Shown in pieces: positions 34,141 to 47,906 of a DNA stretch of 64,000 nucleotides. Below the pieces are notes generated by a model. That model had not been told where the DNA came from, ran no database searches, and worked only from the letters and a program-made list of their open reading frames with translations. Made by a program: the position numbers and the translations under genes. The stretch comes from Amoebidium appalachense (lineage: Eukaryota > Protista > Ichthyosporea). The stretch is from contig CAVNZM010000003.1 of NCBI GenBank assembly GCA_963693365.1, forward strand, positions 13,483,252 through 13,547,251, read 5' to 3'. Each line of letters opens with the position of its first letter. Position 1 is the first letter of the stretch.

Positions 34141-35203
34141 TCACTTAAGAATAGAGGCGAATACACGTGTGGTAGTGGCAGCAATGGAGGCCGGACGAAG
34201 TCGTGTATAGATCAGGAAACAGTCGGAGGACCACCAGTGCCGAGTTGTTTGATCCGGGAGTCGTCGACCCCGGCCTCAGCCAGTGCTGTGGCCCCCCCGA
34301 TGCGGAGGCTGTGTCCGGCAAACCGGGAGGGTGAGAGGCCTGCCCGGGAGAGGAGGGCACGGAAGTCGGCAGAGAAAGCACTCTTGGTGTAGGGGATGCC
34401 ACCGAGACTGAAGAGGGGGTCGTCGGGTTGACCGGACGTTGTATGCAGGAACTGCCGGAGGAGATGGGCTGGGGAGAAATGGGTGAGGGGCAGGGCAGCT
34501 AGAGTGACGTTGACACCTCGGGCCTGTACATCCGTCTTAGAGGTTGGCAGGTGGAGGGTGGCATGGGACAAAGTACCGGTGGGGGTGTAGGTGAAGGTCA
34601 CGTCTTTCCGTTTAACGTGACGGGACGGGTTGAAAGAAGTCAGGGTCTTGGAGGTAAATTCCCCTGAACGGAGGAGACCACAGAAACCGACGATGAGGGC
34701 TGTCCATAGCCGGAGATTGGCCGAGGAGGCCTTTGTGGGGCACTGGCCATGAAGTAGGCTGAGGTGGGAGGGCAGGAGGGGTTCCCTGGTTGATGAGCGG
34801 GGTCGGATGTTGTGAGAAAGCTGCCATCTGCCCACCCCCCGTAGGAACCAGGCCAGAGACTTGTCGTGGGGGTAGGGAGCAGGGAGGCCCATGTCGAGGT
34901 GGAGCCTGGTGATGGCCGAATTGTAGCCGGTTAAGGAAGAGGCCTGTACCCCTCGTTGGGCACACCAGGCGAGAAAAAGTTGCACGGTGTGTGGGGAGGC
35001 CGGGAGGGAGGACCCGGAGGGGGATTGCAGCCGAGATGCCACACAGAAATCAATGAACACTTTCTGCACCCGGGAGTAAAAGGCCCGAGAGTCGAGGTTG
35101 AGACTCAGGGCCTGGCATTCCTGCAGGGTAGTGGTGGCTCGAAGCAGCTCGGCCGGAGCAAAGTGGGGGGCCAATCTGCCAGCGTTGCTCCGGAACGGGA
35201 GAT
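34141..35203 (-). pseudogene. Ngaro-2 tyrosine recombinase (2-bp insertion near the C-terminus removes RW…Y)
   Basis: LLRSGE, SKTD, HSLRIGGAT; frame shifts at ~34237. Confidence 0.9.
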
Positions 35204-35231
35204 CTGGGGGGGGGGGGGGGGGGGGGGGGGG

Positions 35232-36853
35232 TTAGCCCAAGGGAAGGGATAGGAACTCGTGGACCCAGGAGGGGAAGGGGCAGGGCTCCGGTTGCAGGGA
35301 AGGTCGGAGTCGTCGGGCCCGGGGAAGTTGGTTACGAGAAATGGCATCGGCCAGATGGTTGAGGGGTCCTGGTAGGTAGGATGCCTGTAACGTAAATTGG
35401 TATTGCATTTCCATGCGGGTGATGAACCGAATAAGTTTGGCCATCACGGGGTGGGGGGAAGACCGGGAGTGTAGGTCAGACACAGCACCCGTGTTGTCGC
35501 ATAAAATACGGACATGGTGGGTGGACCAGGAGGGGGCCCAGAGGGCCACGGCGGCTGCGATGGCCAGGAGTTCAATGACGGAAGAACCGAGTTTACCCTC
35601 ATGAGCATAGAGGGCTTGGGTGGAGGGGGACCAGGGCATGAAGAACCATTGGTCGAGCCAGTGGCCTCCTAGACCCACCGATCCGGCAGCATCGGTGGCC
35701 AGGGTGGTGTATGTGGGGGGTGTGATGAGGTGCACCCCATTCCATGATGTGAGGAACTGGTGCCATTCGGCTATGTCGGCCCGGGCGGCAGCAGTCAGTC
35801 GTATGTGGTGGTGGCCGGCAAGGTGTGGGTGGGTCCGGAGAAGGGCCCATAGGCGCTGGGAGAAGGCCCTCCCGGGGGGAACCAGCTGGGCACACCAGGT
35901 GAGTTTGCCGAGGAGGGACTGGAGGTCCCGAATGGTGATGGTGGGCTTTGGGTGGGAAGTGAGGTCGAGTAGGTCCGAGAGCTTGGAAGCCGGGATTCGT
36001 GCCTCCATGGTGATGGAGTCGAATTCGATACCGATGAAGACGACACGGGTAGCCGGGCCCTGCATCTTGTCTTCGGAGATGGCAATGTGCAGCTCTCGGC
36101 AGAGTTGCAGGAAGGTGGATAGGTGACGTTGGCACTGCTCTTGTGTGGGGGCGACTATAATCCAGTCGTCTACGTAGTGGCGGATGAGGGTAATACCGTG
36201 CTGGTGTGCCAGCCACTGTAGGGTGGCCGCGATCCGTTCCCAGATGGCTGGGCTAGATTTCAGGCCGAAGGGCAGTCTGGTTTCAACGTAAAAATGCCCC
36301 AACCATTTGAATGCCATTAAGTGATGGTCTTCTGGTCGGATGGGCATGTGCCGGAAGGCAGCCTGCACATCTGCCACGGCCATGTAGCAGCCGGGGCCTG
36401 CGTCGAGAATGAGCTGGGTGACGTCCCGGGCGCGAATGTACTGAAGTTTGTCGGGGTAGGTGATGCTGTCATTGACACTGCTACCCCGGGGCCAGGAGAG
36501 GTGGTGGATTCGACGGTACTTGGGGGGGTTCCCTTTCTTGGTAACGGCGCCGATGGGGGAGGAACGGTGGACCGGAAATTCGTCAAAGAATTGGGCCGGG
36601 GAGAGGGGGCCGCGCAGGTGGCCGAGGGCGACTTCTTTGGCAATATCCGCCGTGATAGCGGAAGCTGCCTCCGGGGTGGTGGGTAGGTTGGGGCCCACCC
36701 GAGAGGTGGAGGGCCCGCGATAGCCGATGTCGACACCGAATTCGACATCGTGGAGGAGTTGTGCGGCGAATGATTGGTCTGGGTAGGAGGCCAGCAGTTC
36801 CCGGAGGCGGGAGGTGTCAATGCGGTGCTGGGGCAGCGGGCGGGCCTCCGGGT
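35232..36853 (-). CDS. pol: Ngaro-2 RT/RNase H (intact frame)
   Basis: 488-aa ORF plus an open upstream extension; YVDD and RNase H motifs. Confidence 0.92.
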
Positions 36854-36914
36854 CTGAGCCTCGGGGGAAGGGGTGGTTAGCAAGGGTGGGGCACCCTCGG
36901 GGAGATCCCGGCAG

Positions 36915-36964
<50 letters not shown>

Positions 36965-37358
36965 CAGGGCCCCGGGGGGGTTAGGGTAGGGCAGCTGGGC
37001 CCGAGTGAAGGTTGGCAGGGAGGGCAGCGGGGCCCTGTGCAGGGGAATGTGCCCGAGCACGCGGGGGTGTGGGCGGACACAGAGGTAGAAGAAGGGGGGG
37101 GGGAGGGAGTGCTAGGTGAGTGTAAGGGGGGGGGAGGCTCGTGGGATGGGGGGGGGGATTAAATTTATGTGCAGTGGCCAGAATAAACGTCTTTGTGTAG
37201 GGACATTTATTCTTGACGCGCGCGGGCGCCGTAGTTTGGCCTGCGAAATTTTGTACTCAGCCCTATGGGCCCGTTCTCCCGAGCTCCGTTTCCCTGTACT
37301 CGTGTGTCCTAGCTCCTAACCCCTATGTTCTAGCTGTGTGTGTGGGTGTGCGCGTAGA

Positions 37359-38529
37359 CTAGGCATTGTGTTTGCAGTCTTTGCGGGGGTGTGTGCCAGA
37401 GCAGAGCGGGCACACGTGGGAGAAGGGGCAGGGCTGCTTAGCGCAGGACCGACCGTTAATGTGGAAATTCCTGCAGTGCGTCGCGGGTAGATCCACGGGT
37501 CGGGCCGGTTTTGCCGGGCCGGGTTGCGGGCCAGGGCGGTTAGGGGTTTGACCCCCCGCCGGGCTTGTGGGGCGGCTTAAAGCCGTCAAGACCACAGCCG
37601 GGCTTGGGGTACATGGGGCAGGCCGCGCTGGGGTGGTCAGGGAAGCCACAGCGCTGACATGCGTCCGGGATGAGCAGAGTGGGTGGCCAGAGGAGATCCT
37701 GGTGGAGTTGGGCGAGCAGGTTGGGACACTCGATCGGAGCCCGACCCTGCTGGTGGGCAACGGTTCGGGCGTATACGTCATAGTTGTGGATCTGGGCCCA
37801 CGGGTATCGGGTGCTGAGGCGAGTGATGTGCTGAGTCCAAAGTACGTCTTTGTCCGTGGGGAGGCCGAGGTGGTGCTTGGCGGCCATGTAATGGGTCCAA
37901 GCCTGGATCCAAATGACGAGTGAACGCAGGGGAACGGGTTTGTCTTGGCGAAAAGTCTCGATGCTGCCGTCGTCGGCCATGCGCAGATGCTGACCTTTCT
38001 TGGATGGGGCCAGGAGGGCGGCGGGGGTGAACTTATACAGGTCGACGAAACGATTGGCGCGCAAATCTGCCAGCACATCCGCGGGGGGAAGCGGGAGTGT
38101 GCCCGGCTGAATGTCGCCAGTGTTCTCACCTGTGATGGGGGGCGCGGGCAGGGCAGGTAGGTCTAGGTCAGGGCCGAGATGCAGCCCCGGGGAAACCTCC
38201 CCGGGTGCGGAGGGCGCGGAGGGGGGCGCGGGAGGGTCGCGGTTGGTGAGAGCAGCCAGGACGCCAGCCATCTGGGTGCTGATGGCGGTAAGGGCGGCAA
38301 GGACGGCGTCTTGAGAAGTCATCTGCGGGGACGGCGGGGCCTGAGGGGGGACTTCAGGAGGGGAGGGGAGACTAGCCGGCGGGTCCGGGTCCGAGGTGGT
38401 CTGGGCCGCTGGAGGCGCGTCAGTGTCCGCGGGAGCGTTGGCCAGCCTGTGGCGGAGGTCGCTGCGGGTCAGGCGCTTGGGTGCCGCGGCAGGGGCGGTG
38501 GCTGAGGCCTGGCGCTTTTTCGGCGGCAT
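37359..38529 (-). CDS. gag: Ngaro-2 gag (one homopolymer frameshift ~37555)
   Basis: 329-aa ORF, with the zinc-finger tail in another frame. Confidence 0.88.
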
Positions 38530-39695
38530 GCTGACCGGCGTACGGAAAGATAGGGAGAGTGAAAAGAAAATATAGCTGTAAAGCTGTAGGTGCTAAACAC
38601 AGAAGATGTGTTGTTGCCTGCTGATCTGCTAAAAACTGTCGTGCTTATATACCTACGGCTACCGAACTGAGCCAATCAAAACCGATCTAGTGTTATGTGA
38701 AATCTTATCCTGAGCCAATCAGACTCGGTCTAGTGATCTGTGGAATCTGATGTTTTGATCGGCTAATAGGTGCCCGTATGCGGGCAGCCGAACGCGAACT
38801 GCTAAAACATGAAACAAAGCCTGTTGATATCGGACACCCATCCTACGTGTTTACCCAGAAAAATATTTATGTCAATAATTTCCACAAATAAAACCTAAAC
38901 AGAGGTATGATTAATACACTCCCAACACATTACAAATAAGAAATATGTAAGTATGTTCCATATCAAGCATATATTGCCAACATACGAATGATACCACCAC
39001 CATAAAGATATAAGTGTTGATAATGCATTACATATATATTATAAATATCACACTATATTATCCAAATACATTGCCAATAAATTGATAATGGGAACGAATG
39101 CATGCAAAGTACAGTATAAGTGCGCTTATAATATGAAAGGCATATCGGAGTAACGTCTTATATCTAAGAATAATACGTATGACGAACATTGCCAATGTAT
39201 TAATAATAACTTTATTGATACCTCAATCACATGCTCAATATATTGGCAATATGCACACGGTACGGTAAGCACAGCCCCATGATCATTGTCAATGAATTGC
39301 CAATGTATTGCACCATGTCGACATCCATACGTGTTCCGTATGGTCACTTTATTAACTTCGGTTGGATAGTGGCATCAAGCACACAAGTAAACAACACAAC
39401 TAATATACCACCCCAGGTGGCATCCTACAGCACACAAGTTAACAACACAACTAACATACCACCCCAGGTGGCATCCATTCTCTACTATCTACTTTATCTC
39501 GCATCTCGTATCAACATTACTCTTATGCAAAAAAAAAATACCAAAAAGAATCATGACAAAAAAAGAAGAAAAAAGAAGAAAAAAGAAAAAGAAAACTACC
39601 GCACAAGCACAACAGGCTGGGCTGGGGCAACACAGAAACGAAAAACGGAAACAACAGCAGCCATAGGACAAAGAGCCGGTACCCACCTCTAGAGT

Positions 39696-39897
39696 GGCAA
39701 AAAAAGAGTCGACAGAACAAACCTCAAACATAGTAAGGACGGAAACCCGGACCAGAACTTATGAAGTCTAGAGAAGCAGTAAATAGCTTGAACGACTGGT
39801 GGAGGGGATGATAGCTATAGTGCTAACAGCAAAAGTAGTGCCCACAGTCGCTGGTTCATCAACGTGAAAAGGCAACGTGCATCTGCAGCCAGCAGGC

Positions 39898-39933
<36 letters not shown>

Positions 39934-40520
39934 ACGCACACAGACACAGACACAGACCAGACAGACAAACGCCACATGCACAAAAGCAGGCAACACAAAA
40001 CTAACCTTCAAACGGCCTTTCAGCCGTTAGGCGAAGAAGCTGCAGCATGCAGCATGGTCGAAACCATTCAGCACGGTGGCTGCGCGACCTGCGGAGGGCA
40101 AAAAAAGAGTCGACAGAACCAACCTCAAACATAGTAAGGACGGAAACCCGGACCAGAACTTATGAAGTCTAGAGAAGCAGAAAATAGCTTGAACGACTGG
40201 GGGAGGGGATGATAGCTATAGTGCTAGCAGCAAAAGTAGTGCCCACAGTCGCTGGTTCATGAACGTGAAAAGGCAACGTGCATCTGCAGCCAGCAGGCAC
40301 ACGCACACGCACGCACACACATACACACACACGCACACAGACACAGACACAGACACAGACATATTCACAGGCACGGACACAGACCAGACAGACAAACGCC
40401 ACATGCACAAAAGCAGGCAACACAAAACTAACCTTCAAACGGCCTTTCAGCCGTTAGGCGACGAAGCTGCAGCATGCAGCATGGTCGAAACCATTCAGCA
40501 CGGTGGCTGCGCGACCTGCG
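39696..40520. repeat. ~400-bp tandem duplication
   Basis: GGCAAAAAAAGAGTCGACAGAAC starts at ~39696 and ~40097; both copies end GCGCGACCTGCGGA. Confidence 0.9.
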
Positions 40521-40635
40521 GATGGGACCTGTGACCAGGCGACCTGCGGGAAGGGAACTGCGACCAGGCGACCTGCGGGAAGGGACCTGCGACCAGGCGA
40601 CCTGCGGGAAAGCACCTGCGGACCTGCGGGAAGGG
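40509..40635. repeat. ~30-bp GC-rich minisatellite (GCGACCAGGCGACCTGCGGGAAGGGACCT)
   Basis: About 4 visible units. Confidence 0.85.
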
Positions 40636-41251
40636 GGAAGAGAAATGGAGCAAACAACGTGCGTACAGGCTTAAACGGACAAAAAATTGCAAACCGGATT
40701 GGGTTTAGCCAATCACTATTTGCTATCAGAAGCGGATTCCCACGGTGTACATAATGTGATTGGATCGATTCTCGGCGGATCGGTGAGGTTGGCGATATGG
40801 TGGACATATTTCGGACACCGTTGCCATACGTTCCGACGGAGCTTAAGTTATAACGTTAACGCTGTTTACTCGAGGCCTATCCCCGCTTTACGTAGAAAGG
40901 TCATGTGTGGGGGAAGATGTGAACACCCAGACGTGTATGTACACCCGGGCAGGCCTGTGTACTCGTTGTTATGTTAATAGTTGGTTGATGGAGTACATCT
41001 TCAACGCGACGTATACACGCGTGCGTGCGATTCAGGAAGGGGTCCCCATATGGCTCTCGTATTATTTATATTCGTGTGATATATATATTCTATGTACTAT
41101 CTATTACCAATATACGTTACGTATTGGTACAATATCACCAATACTAATTAAATATCGTCACGCGTGATGGTGAAGGCATCCATGTAGCTCTGCAGCAGTG
41201 TGTGTGTGTGTGTGGTGCGTGTGTGTGTGGTGTGGAGAGGCGGCCTGGGGT

Positions 41252-41282
<31 letters not shown>

Positions 41283-41291
41283 GGGCCCAGT

Positions 41292-41330
<39 letters not shown>

Positions 41331-41639
41331 TAGGCAAATACCAGACAGTGATGCATAATTGCACATTCTTTTGCAGCTACAGTTTGACGATATTTACCCA
41401 CCGTGTGCACCACACATGTGACCCCAGTCTTCCGAGGTGGTGTCACAGGTGGGCGCCAACACCAATAAATTGACTGGTGACGGGTGTACAACCAAAGAAA
41501 CTCAGCAGCACATATAATAACGTTGATGCTATACCCTGCCTAGTTAACGTAATAATAAGTGCACCATCGCACGCGTGACCCCCTCCCCCCCCCCCCCCCC
41601 CCCCCCCCCCCGTGTTTTTGCCGCGCGGTACCCCTGATA

Positions 41640-43392
41640 TTGTAGATGTACACTGCCCCCACAACCCCAACTGTGTGCTGAATATCTCGTGCTAGGAAAC
41701 CAATAACGCGAAACTAACACATGCCGCATGATATATGATATATATGGTACAAGGGGGGTTTCAATCCGGGCTATAATGATGTGTTTTTTTCGTGTGACCC
41801 TCGTACTCCAGAGGCACATTCACCATCCCCCCCATAAACTTTGTGGTAAATTTCTCGTGCTAGAAGCTGTTCTGTGGGTAGTTATTGAAAAAACCAATAA
41901 TGTCTAGGTAACACATGTACATATACTATGCTACAAGGGGGGTTCTATACGAGCTACAACGTTGTGTTTTTTTCGTGTGACCTTCGTACTCCAGGGGCAC
42001 ATTCACCATCCCCCCAATAAACGTTTTGGTATATTTCTCGTGCTAGAGGCTGCTCTGTGGGTAGTTATTGAAAAACCCAATAATGTCTAGGTAACACATG
42101 GACATATACTATGCTACAAGGGGGGTTCTATACGAGCTACAACGTTGTGTTTTTTTCGTGTGACCCTCGTACTCCAATGGCACATTCACCATCCCCCCCA
42201 TAAACTGTGTGGTAAATTTCTCGTGCTAGAAGCTGTTCTGTGGGTAGTTATCGAAAAAACCAATAATGTCTAGGTAACACATGTACATATACTATGCTAC
42301 AAGGGGGGTTCTATACGAGCTACAACGTTGTGTTTTTTTCGTGTGACCCTCGTACTCCAGGGGCACATTCACCATCCCCCCCATAAACTTTGTGGTAAAT
42401 GTCTCGTGCTAGAAGCTGTTCTGTTGGTAGTTATTGAAAAAACCAATAATGAGTAAGTAACACATGTACATATACTGTGCTACAAGGGGGGTTCTATACG
42501 AGCTACAACGTTGTGGTTTTTTCGTGTGCCACTCGTACTCCAGGGGCACATTCACCATCACCCCCATAAACTTTGTGGTAAATTTCTCGTGCTAGAAGCT
42601 GTTCTGTGGGTAGTTATCGAAAAAACCAATAATGTCTAGGTAACACATGGACATATACTATGCTACAAGGGGGGTTCTATACGAGCTACAACGTTGTGTT
42701 TTTTTCGTGTGACCCTCGTACTCCAATGGCACATTCACCATCCCCCCCATAAACTGTGTGGTAAAGTTCTCGTGCTAGAAGCTGTTCTGTGGGTAGTTAT
42801 CGAAAAAACCAATAATGTCTAGGTAACACATGTACATATACTATGCTACAAGGGGGGTTCTATACGAGCTACAACGTTGTGTTTTTTTCGTGTGACCCTC
42901 GTACTCCAGGGGCACATTCACCATCCCCCCCATAAACGTTGTGGTAAATGTCTCGTGCTAGAAGCTGTTCTGTTGGTAGTTATTGAAAAAACCAATAATG
43001 AGTAAGTAACACATGTACACATATTATGCTACAAGGGGGGTTCTATTCGAGCTACAACGTTGTGTTTTTTTCGTGTGACCCTCGTACTCCAGGGGCACAT
43101 TCACCATCCCCCCCATAAACTTTGTGGTAAATGTCTCGTGCTAGAAGCTGTTCTGTGGGTAGGTATTGAAAAAACCAATAATGTCTAGGTAACACATGTA
43201 CATATACTGTGCTACAAGGGGGGTTCTATACGAGCTACAACGTTGTGGTTTTTTCGTGTGCCCCTCGTACTCCAGGGGCACATTCACCATCACCCCCATA
43301 AACTTTGTGGTAAATTTCTCGTGCTAGAAGCTGTTCTGTGGGTAGTTATCGAAAAAACCAATAATGTCTAGGTAACACATGTACATATACTA
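41640..43392. repeat. 183-bp satellite, ~9.5 units
   Basis: CACCATC recurs at 41821, 42004, 42187, 42370, 42553, 42736, 42919, 43102 and 43285. Confidence 0.97.
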
Positions 43393-43587
43393 GGGGTTTA
43401 CGCTGTTTACTCGAGGCAAAGAGAACCAGTCTCAGGTATGGGGGGGGGGGGTTTGCTCGGAATATCCCCTCAGCGGTATATCATGATCACGTACATAGAT
43501 GTCGGGTGGTGACTATATATCAGGGTTTACTTTCTCTACGAGACACCATAAAGACTACAAGGAGAAATCAATTAGTTGGGGTTCCCC

Positions 43588-43620
<33 letters not shown>

Positions 43621-43771
43621 TTTTTATTTTTTTATTTTTTTTTATTTTTATTTTTTTATTTTTTTATTTTTTTTTTTTATTTTTTTTTTTTTTTTTTTTT
43701 TTTTTTTATTTTTTTTTTTTTTTTTTTTTAAAGGAAAGGGGCTCCCCCTCGGGACACTCGGTATCAGCTGG

Positions 43772-43836
<65 letters not shown>

Positions 43837-43840
43837 TGCG

Positions 43841-46800
43841 CTATAATTTTGTAGTGATGTGTTTCTCAAGCCAATCAATACATCTAATAAACAGGTCGTA
43901 GTTACGCGTGTTTAGTATAAAATCAAGGATGTTGTAATTTACAGGTAGGCTATCTTTCTGGGTGTCTTTTGTGAATGTGACGTGTGTGTGTTGCGGTATT
44001 ATGTGGTCTATCAAACTACATTTGGCGATACATGACCGGTTAAACTGGTGTGTGTGTGTGTTGTTTGGGCATGCAAATGATGCCACCTTATACTTATTAG
44101 ATCTCCACTGTATAGCACGTGTACAGTAAAAGCGTGGTAATTGATCAATAATACCATCAGCTAGAGAAAGACCAGTTCTACAGGAAGGTAATATGTATTT
44201 AGGTGTTATACACTTGCGAGTGCCATATTTGGCAATATGGTTGAGGCGGTCAGTATATATAAAACGAGACATAAGGCTTAGTTTTTCAAGGTGTATGCTT
44301 TCATCGGGTCTAGTGTCGTGTGGTATCTTTTTCCATTTGTTATATTGCGTGATTATCTTGTGATTGTGTACATGTTTAATAAGTAAGTGGCAGTCCAAAG
44401 TCACACACACACTATTGCGGGGTTTATTTGTATTTGTGCCCAGGGGAGAAGGGGAGAGAGAGGGGAGGAAAGAGGGGAGAGGTGAGGAGGGGACAGGTCG
44501 GATAGAGAAGAGAGGGTGGGAGGGCAAATACTTCTTTAAGCGGCTTATGTGCTTATTGAATTTCAGCGCGAGATAGGATACTCTAGCAGCTATTGGGACC
44601 AGACCATATTATATCGAGAGCGTTACAGGCCCAGGTTTACAACAGTTGTTAGATAGAAAGGAGGCAACTTCTGCTTCAAGGAAATTTGCCAAGGGTTTAA
44701 GCGCTCTAGTTCTCTCTTTCTTGATCCAAGCGGCGAGAAGGGGTAAACCATATTCACATGCCGGGAAGACAAAAGTGCGAATAAATGTAAGTCTAATAGA
44801 AGGATGGAGGGGTGTGTCTTTAAAAATATTAGCCGAGAAGAAAGCTAACCGCTTACGAGCCAACTCTACCCTCTTTTCGACCATATGGGGAAACATAACA
44901 CCAACAGAATCAACCGGAACACCAAGATATTTGTATTCTGGAACTATAGGTACAGGTTTAGATGATAATGTAAATGTGTGTAAATTGTTAGCTATATCAG
45001 GTACAAGAACACCACATTTGTCTATGTTAAGGATCATAAGGTTTGCCTTGCACCACTCTGACACTACATCGAACAATCTTTGCAGGCGTCTAGGGGTACG
45101 GGCAAGGAGGGACAGATCATCAGCATAGAGAAGTGCAGGCGGAAAGTTATTAATAGGGTCATCGTTTTCGGCGTAAATCTTGACAGCCAAATCATCTATA
45201 AATAGGTTAAACAAAAAGGGGCTAAGCAATGAACCCTGCAAGAGACCTCTAGTACGAGCAAAACCATATGAAAGATGCCCATTAACCACAGCTCTACCAT
45301 AGGTTTGAGACAAGAGTGCTTCTAACAGAACACCAATGCAGTGTGGTACACCCCGTGCAGCAAGCTTTTCCCATAGGAGACCAGGGGAGACAGAATCGTA
45401 AGCAGTTTTCCAATCAATAAAGCCAACATATTGTGCACCAACTTGCATAGAATCGTGCAGTGCCATTATTTGAACATAACATGAATTGTTTTTACGAAAA
45501 GCGGATTGGCATGGGTGTATGTGAAGAATAGATTGAAACCTAGGGTGATGTGCAAATAACCTAAGTAAGCAAGCTTCAAAGAATCTACGAACAACCTGGG
45601 TTAGTGTAATGGGGCGAAAGGATGATATGGGGCCCTCAGAGTCCTTCTTAACTATGGGGATCACTAAGGTATCTAACCAAGATGACGGGACATGTCCACA
45701 TTTAACACACCAAGAAAAGAGAGAGCTTAACATGATAGTAAGATCAGGTTTAATAGCACGATCACTTTCCTTTTGTGGGTAGGAGGGAACAAGGATTTTA
45801 AGAAACCCAGCAGGGAGTCCATCAGGTCCACAAGACTTACTAGAGCTATAACTAGATATCACAGACCATATGGCATCGGGACTGAAAAAGGGGAGGATCG
45901 ATTCTATGGGGATAGATGGGTCTACAGGCCACACAATGGGTTTCTGAGCGGGGGTCCTATCTTTAAACAGTTCCGAGAAATACTTATCAGAGTCTATGAG
46001 GGGGTCTCCAGTGGTATCACCAATAATACGAGCAGGGGGGCCAAATCGATTCATACTAGCAAGCCGGCGCAAGCTTTCCTTTTGAGACAGGGGTTCACCT
46101 AGTCTAGCGGGAGTGGTGTTTGGTAACAAGAGAGCATCGGGGTATTCCTTCCTACCACCGCCAGCATAATCACCGAGATCTATCAAATCATCAACAATAA
46201 AGTTAGTGCATGTATCTAGTACGAGATGTGAATCTGGCCTGGCTTGTGCAGATTCTAATAGGCGCATATATATAGGGTGTTTCGTAGCATAGCATACACA
46301 TACATCAACTCTACCCCACTGTGACTTAAGCTGGGATAGACGGAGGCGAAAGGTGGGAGGGGGAGGGGGGAGCAGATCAAGGGAGATCTTAGGTAGGAAA
46401 AGGATAGGAGAGTGGTCAGATGACCTAGAGAGGTTAGGAGGGAGAGAGAGTTTTGACATGGTTGATGGCCAAAAGGCCACTCCCCAGTCGGTGTTGTGGG
46501 CATGGGATATTTGAGGGAACCGCAAAGTGTGACTTTGGACATACCTTGCTAAAGGGATAGCACGCTCCGGGGGCTTAGATGGGTACCCGACACTCACTTG
46601 CAGTGTGTCTGTGTGGTGGAGTCGCGTGTTAAAATCACCTAAAATAACAGTGGACATTGGTAACTGTGACAACTCGTGAGTCAATTCGACAACCGACATA
46701 GATGGTGGGTAATATACAAAAGTAAAAACATTAGAAAGAAACTCTATAGAAACCGAGAATTCCGTTTTTGCTACCGGTTTGCACTTCACTCTCACGTGTG

Positions 46801-47038
46801 GTGCGGCAAGTACAATAATGCCTCGGTTTTTCGCGTAACCGGGGTGTGTGGATGTGTCGACCAATGTAGAGTTGAATTTGTGGTGGTTTTTAAACTGTGT
46901 TTCGCAAATCACTGTAAACGTGTGGTTGTTTGTCTGTTGTTGTATGTAGCTGATTTTATCGTCGAGTGTCCCGGGGGGGAGGCCCTTTTGGGGGCCCAGT
47001 GTCCGAGCATTCCAGAAGAAGAAGGATAAATTAGGCAT
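43841..47038 (-). pseudogene. LINE ORF2 (APE endonuclease + RT, ~1065 codons) with one in-frame TAA at 44609-44611
   Basis: WNARTL, ICET, LGDFN, SDH; GPDG, FRPITL, QSAF, DWKTAYD, QGSLLSP, YADD, YKYLG. The stop arises from a 3-bp duplication absent in the 25541 copy. Confidence 0.92.
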
Positions 47039-47906
47039 CGGTTTGGTCCGACACCTGTGGGGTTGGTTCCCACTTGTCGCTTACGGGGTCGTATGCACGA
47101 CCTTCCGCCAGCGCGAACAGTTCGCAGAAGAGCTCGATTTCCATCTCGCATCGGCGTTTGCGCTCGAGCAGTTTCTCACCAGAAAACATTGGTTCCTTCG
47201 TGTCCGTGTCTATCACGCTCGTAGCATCGTTTTCCAACTTTGCGAGGAACTCTTTTGCCTTGCTGATGCGTACACGACAACGTGTGGCGCACGCATTCTT
47301 AGCAGACACTTTACGTTCTTTGTCTGCTTTCTGAATGTTTTCCGGCGCGCATGGGTCGTAGCTTGGGAGGTGGGTGAAGAAGCTTCCACACCCCTTTGTC
47401 GTGTCTCGGATGAACGCACGGTTATAGTCGCCCCGTACTGCTACTTCCAGCACATCGTATCCAATGAAGGACAGACAAAGGATGCGAGAGCACCGGAAGC
47501 CGAGAGCCTTGAAGATGGACCACATGGCCCTGTGTGGGCGTCTGCCGTGCTTGACTTTGAAATACACCCTCTCGTATTTGGGTGGGATGTTGATGTTACC
47601 GTTTGCTTGGGTGTTCCCCTTAGCCGGCGGTTTGGGAGGGGAGTTGCGGCGGTACTCGTTGCCTGCAAGAATGCTGGCATATGTTTCCTTGGCAATTTGG
47701 CGGAGCTCGGGTGTTTTACGAGAGTTCGCATATTCTAGGAACTCTGCCGGGAGCTGTGCTTCCGGTCCTGTGATGTTTTGTGTTGGGGTGGAAATGTCTC
47801 CGTCGCGAGATGTTTGCTCATGAGTTTTGGGGTTTTGCGATCCACTAATGTTTAGCTGGGCTGTGAGTGAATCAATGGTGAGCTTGAGTTGGGTATTTTC
47901 TGTTTG
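47031..47906 (-). pseudogene. LINE ORF1, 5'-truncated; its stop overlaps the ORF2 start (ATGCCTAA)
   Basis: The frame stays open upstream of the listed 47567 start (QTENTQLKLTIDSLTAQL…). Confidence 0.75.

Larger units (their letters stand above)
33498..38895 (-). mobile_element. Ngaro-2, full-length (A1-gag-RT/RH-YR-B1-A2-B2; B2 partly deleted)
   Basis: A1 ~38560-38895, B1 34024-34112, A2 ~33690-34023, B2 33498-~33554; no TSD. Confidence 0.93.

Noticed and set aside
41640-43392. Regular repeat array as a CRISPR
   Set aside because: Whole 183-bp units repeat with no unique spacers; eukaryotic context and no cas genes.
43393-43588. 196-bp tail as a hammerhead ribozyme, tRNA-SINE or telomere seed
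   Set aside because: No complete CUGANGA…GAAA core, no clear A/B boxes, and only a single GGGGTTTA.
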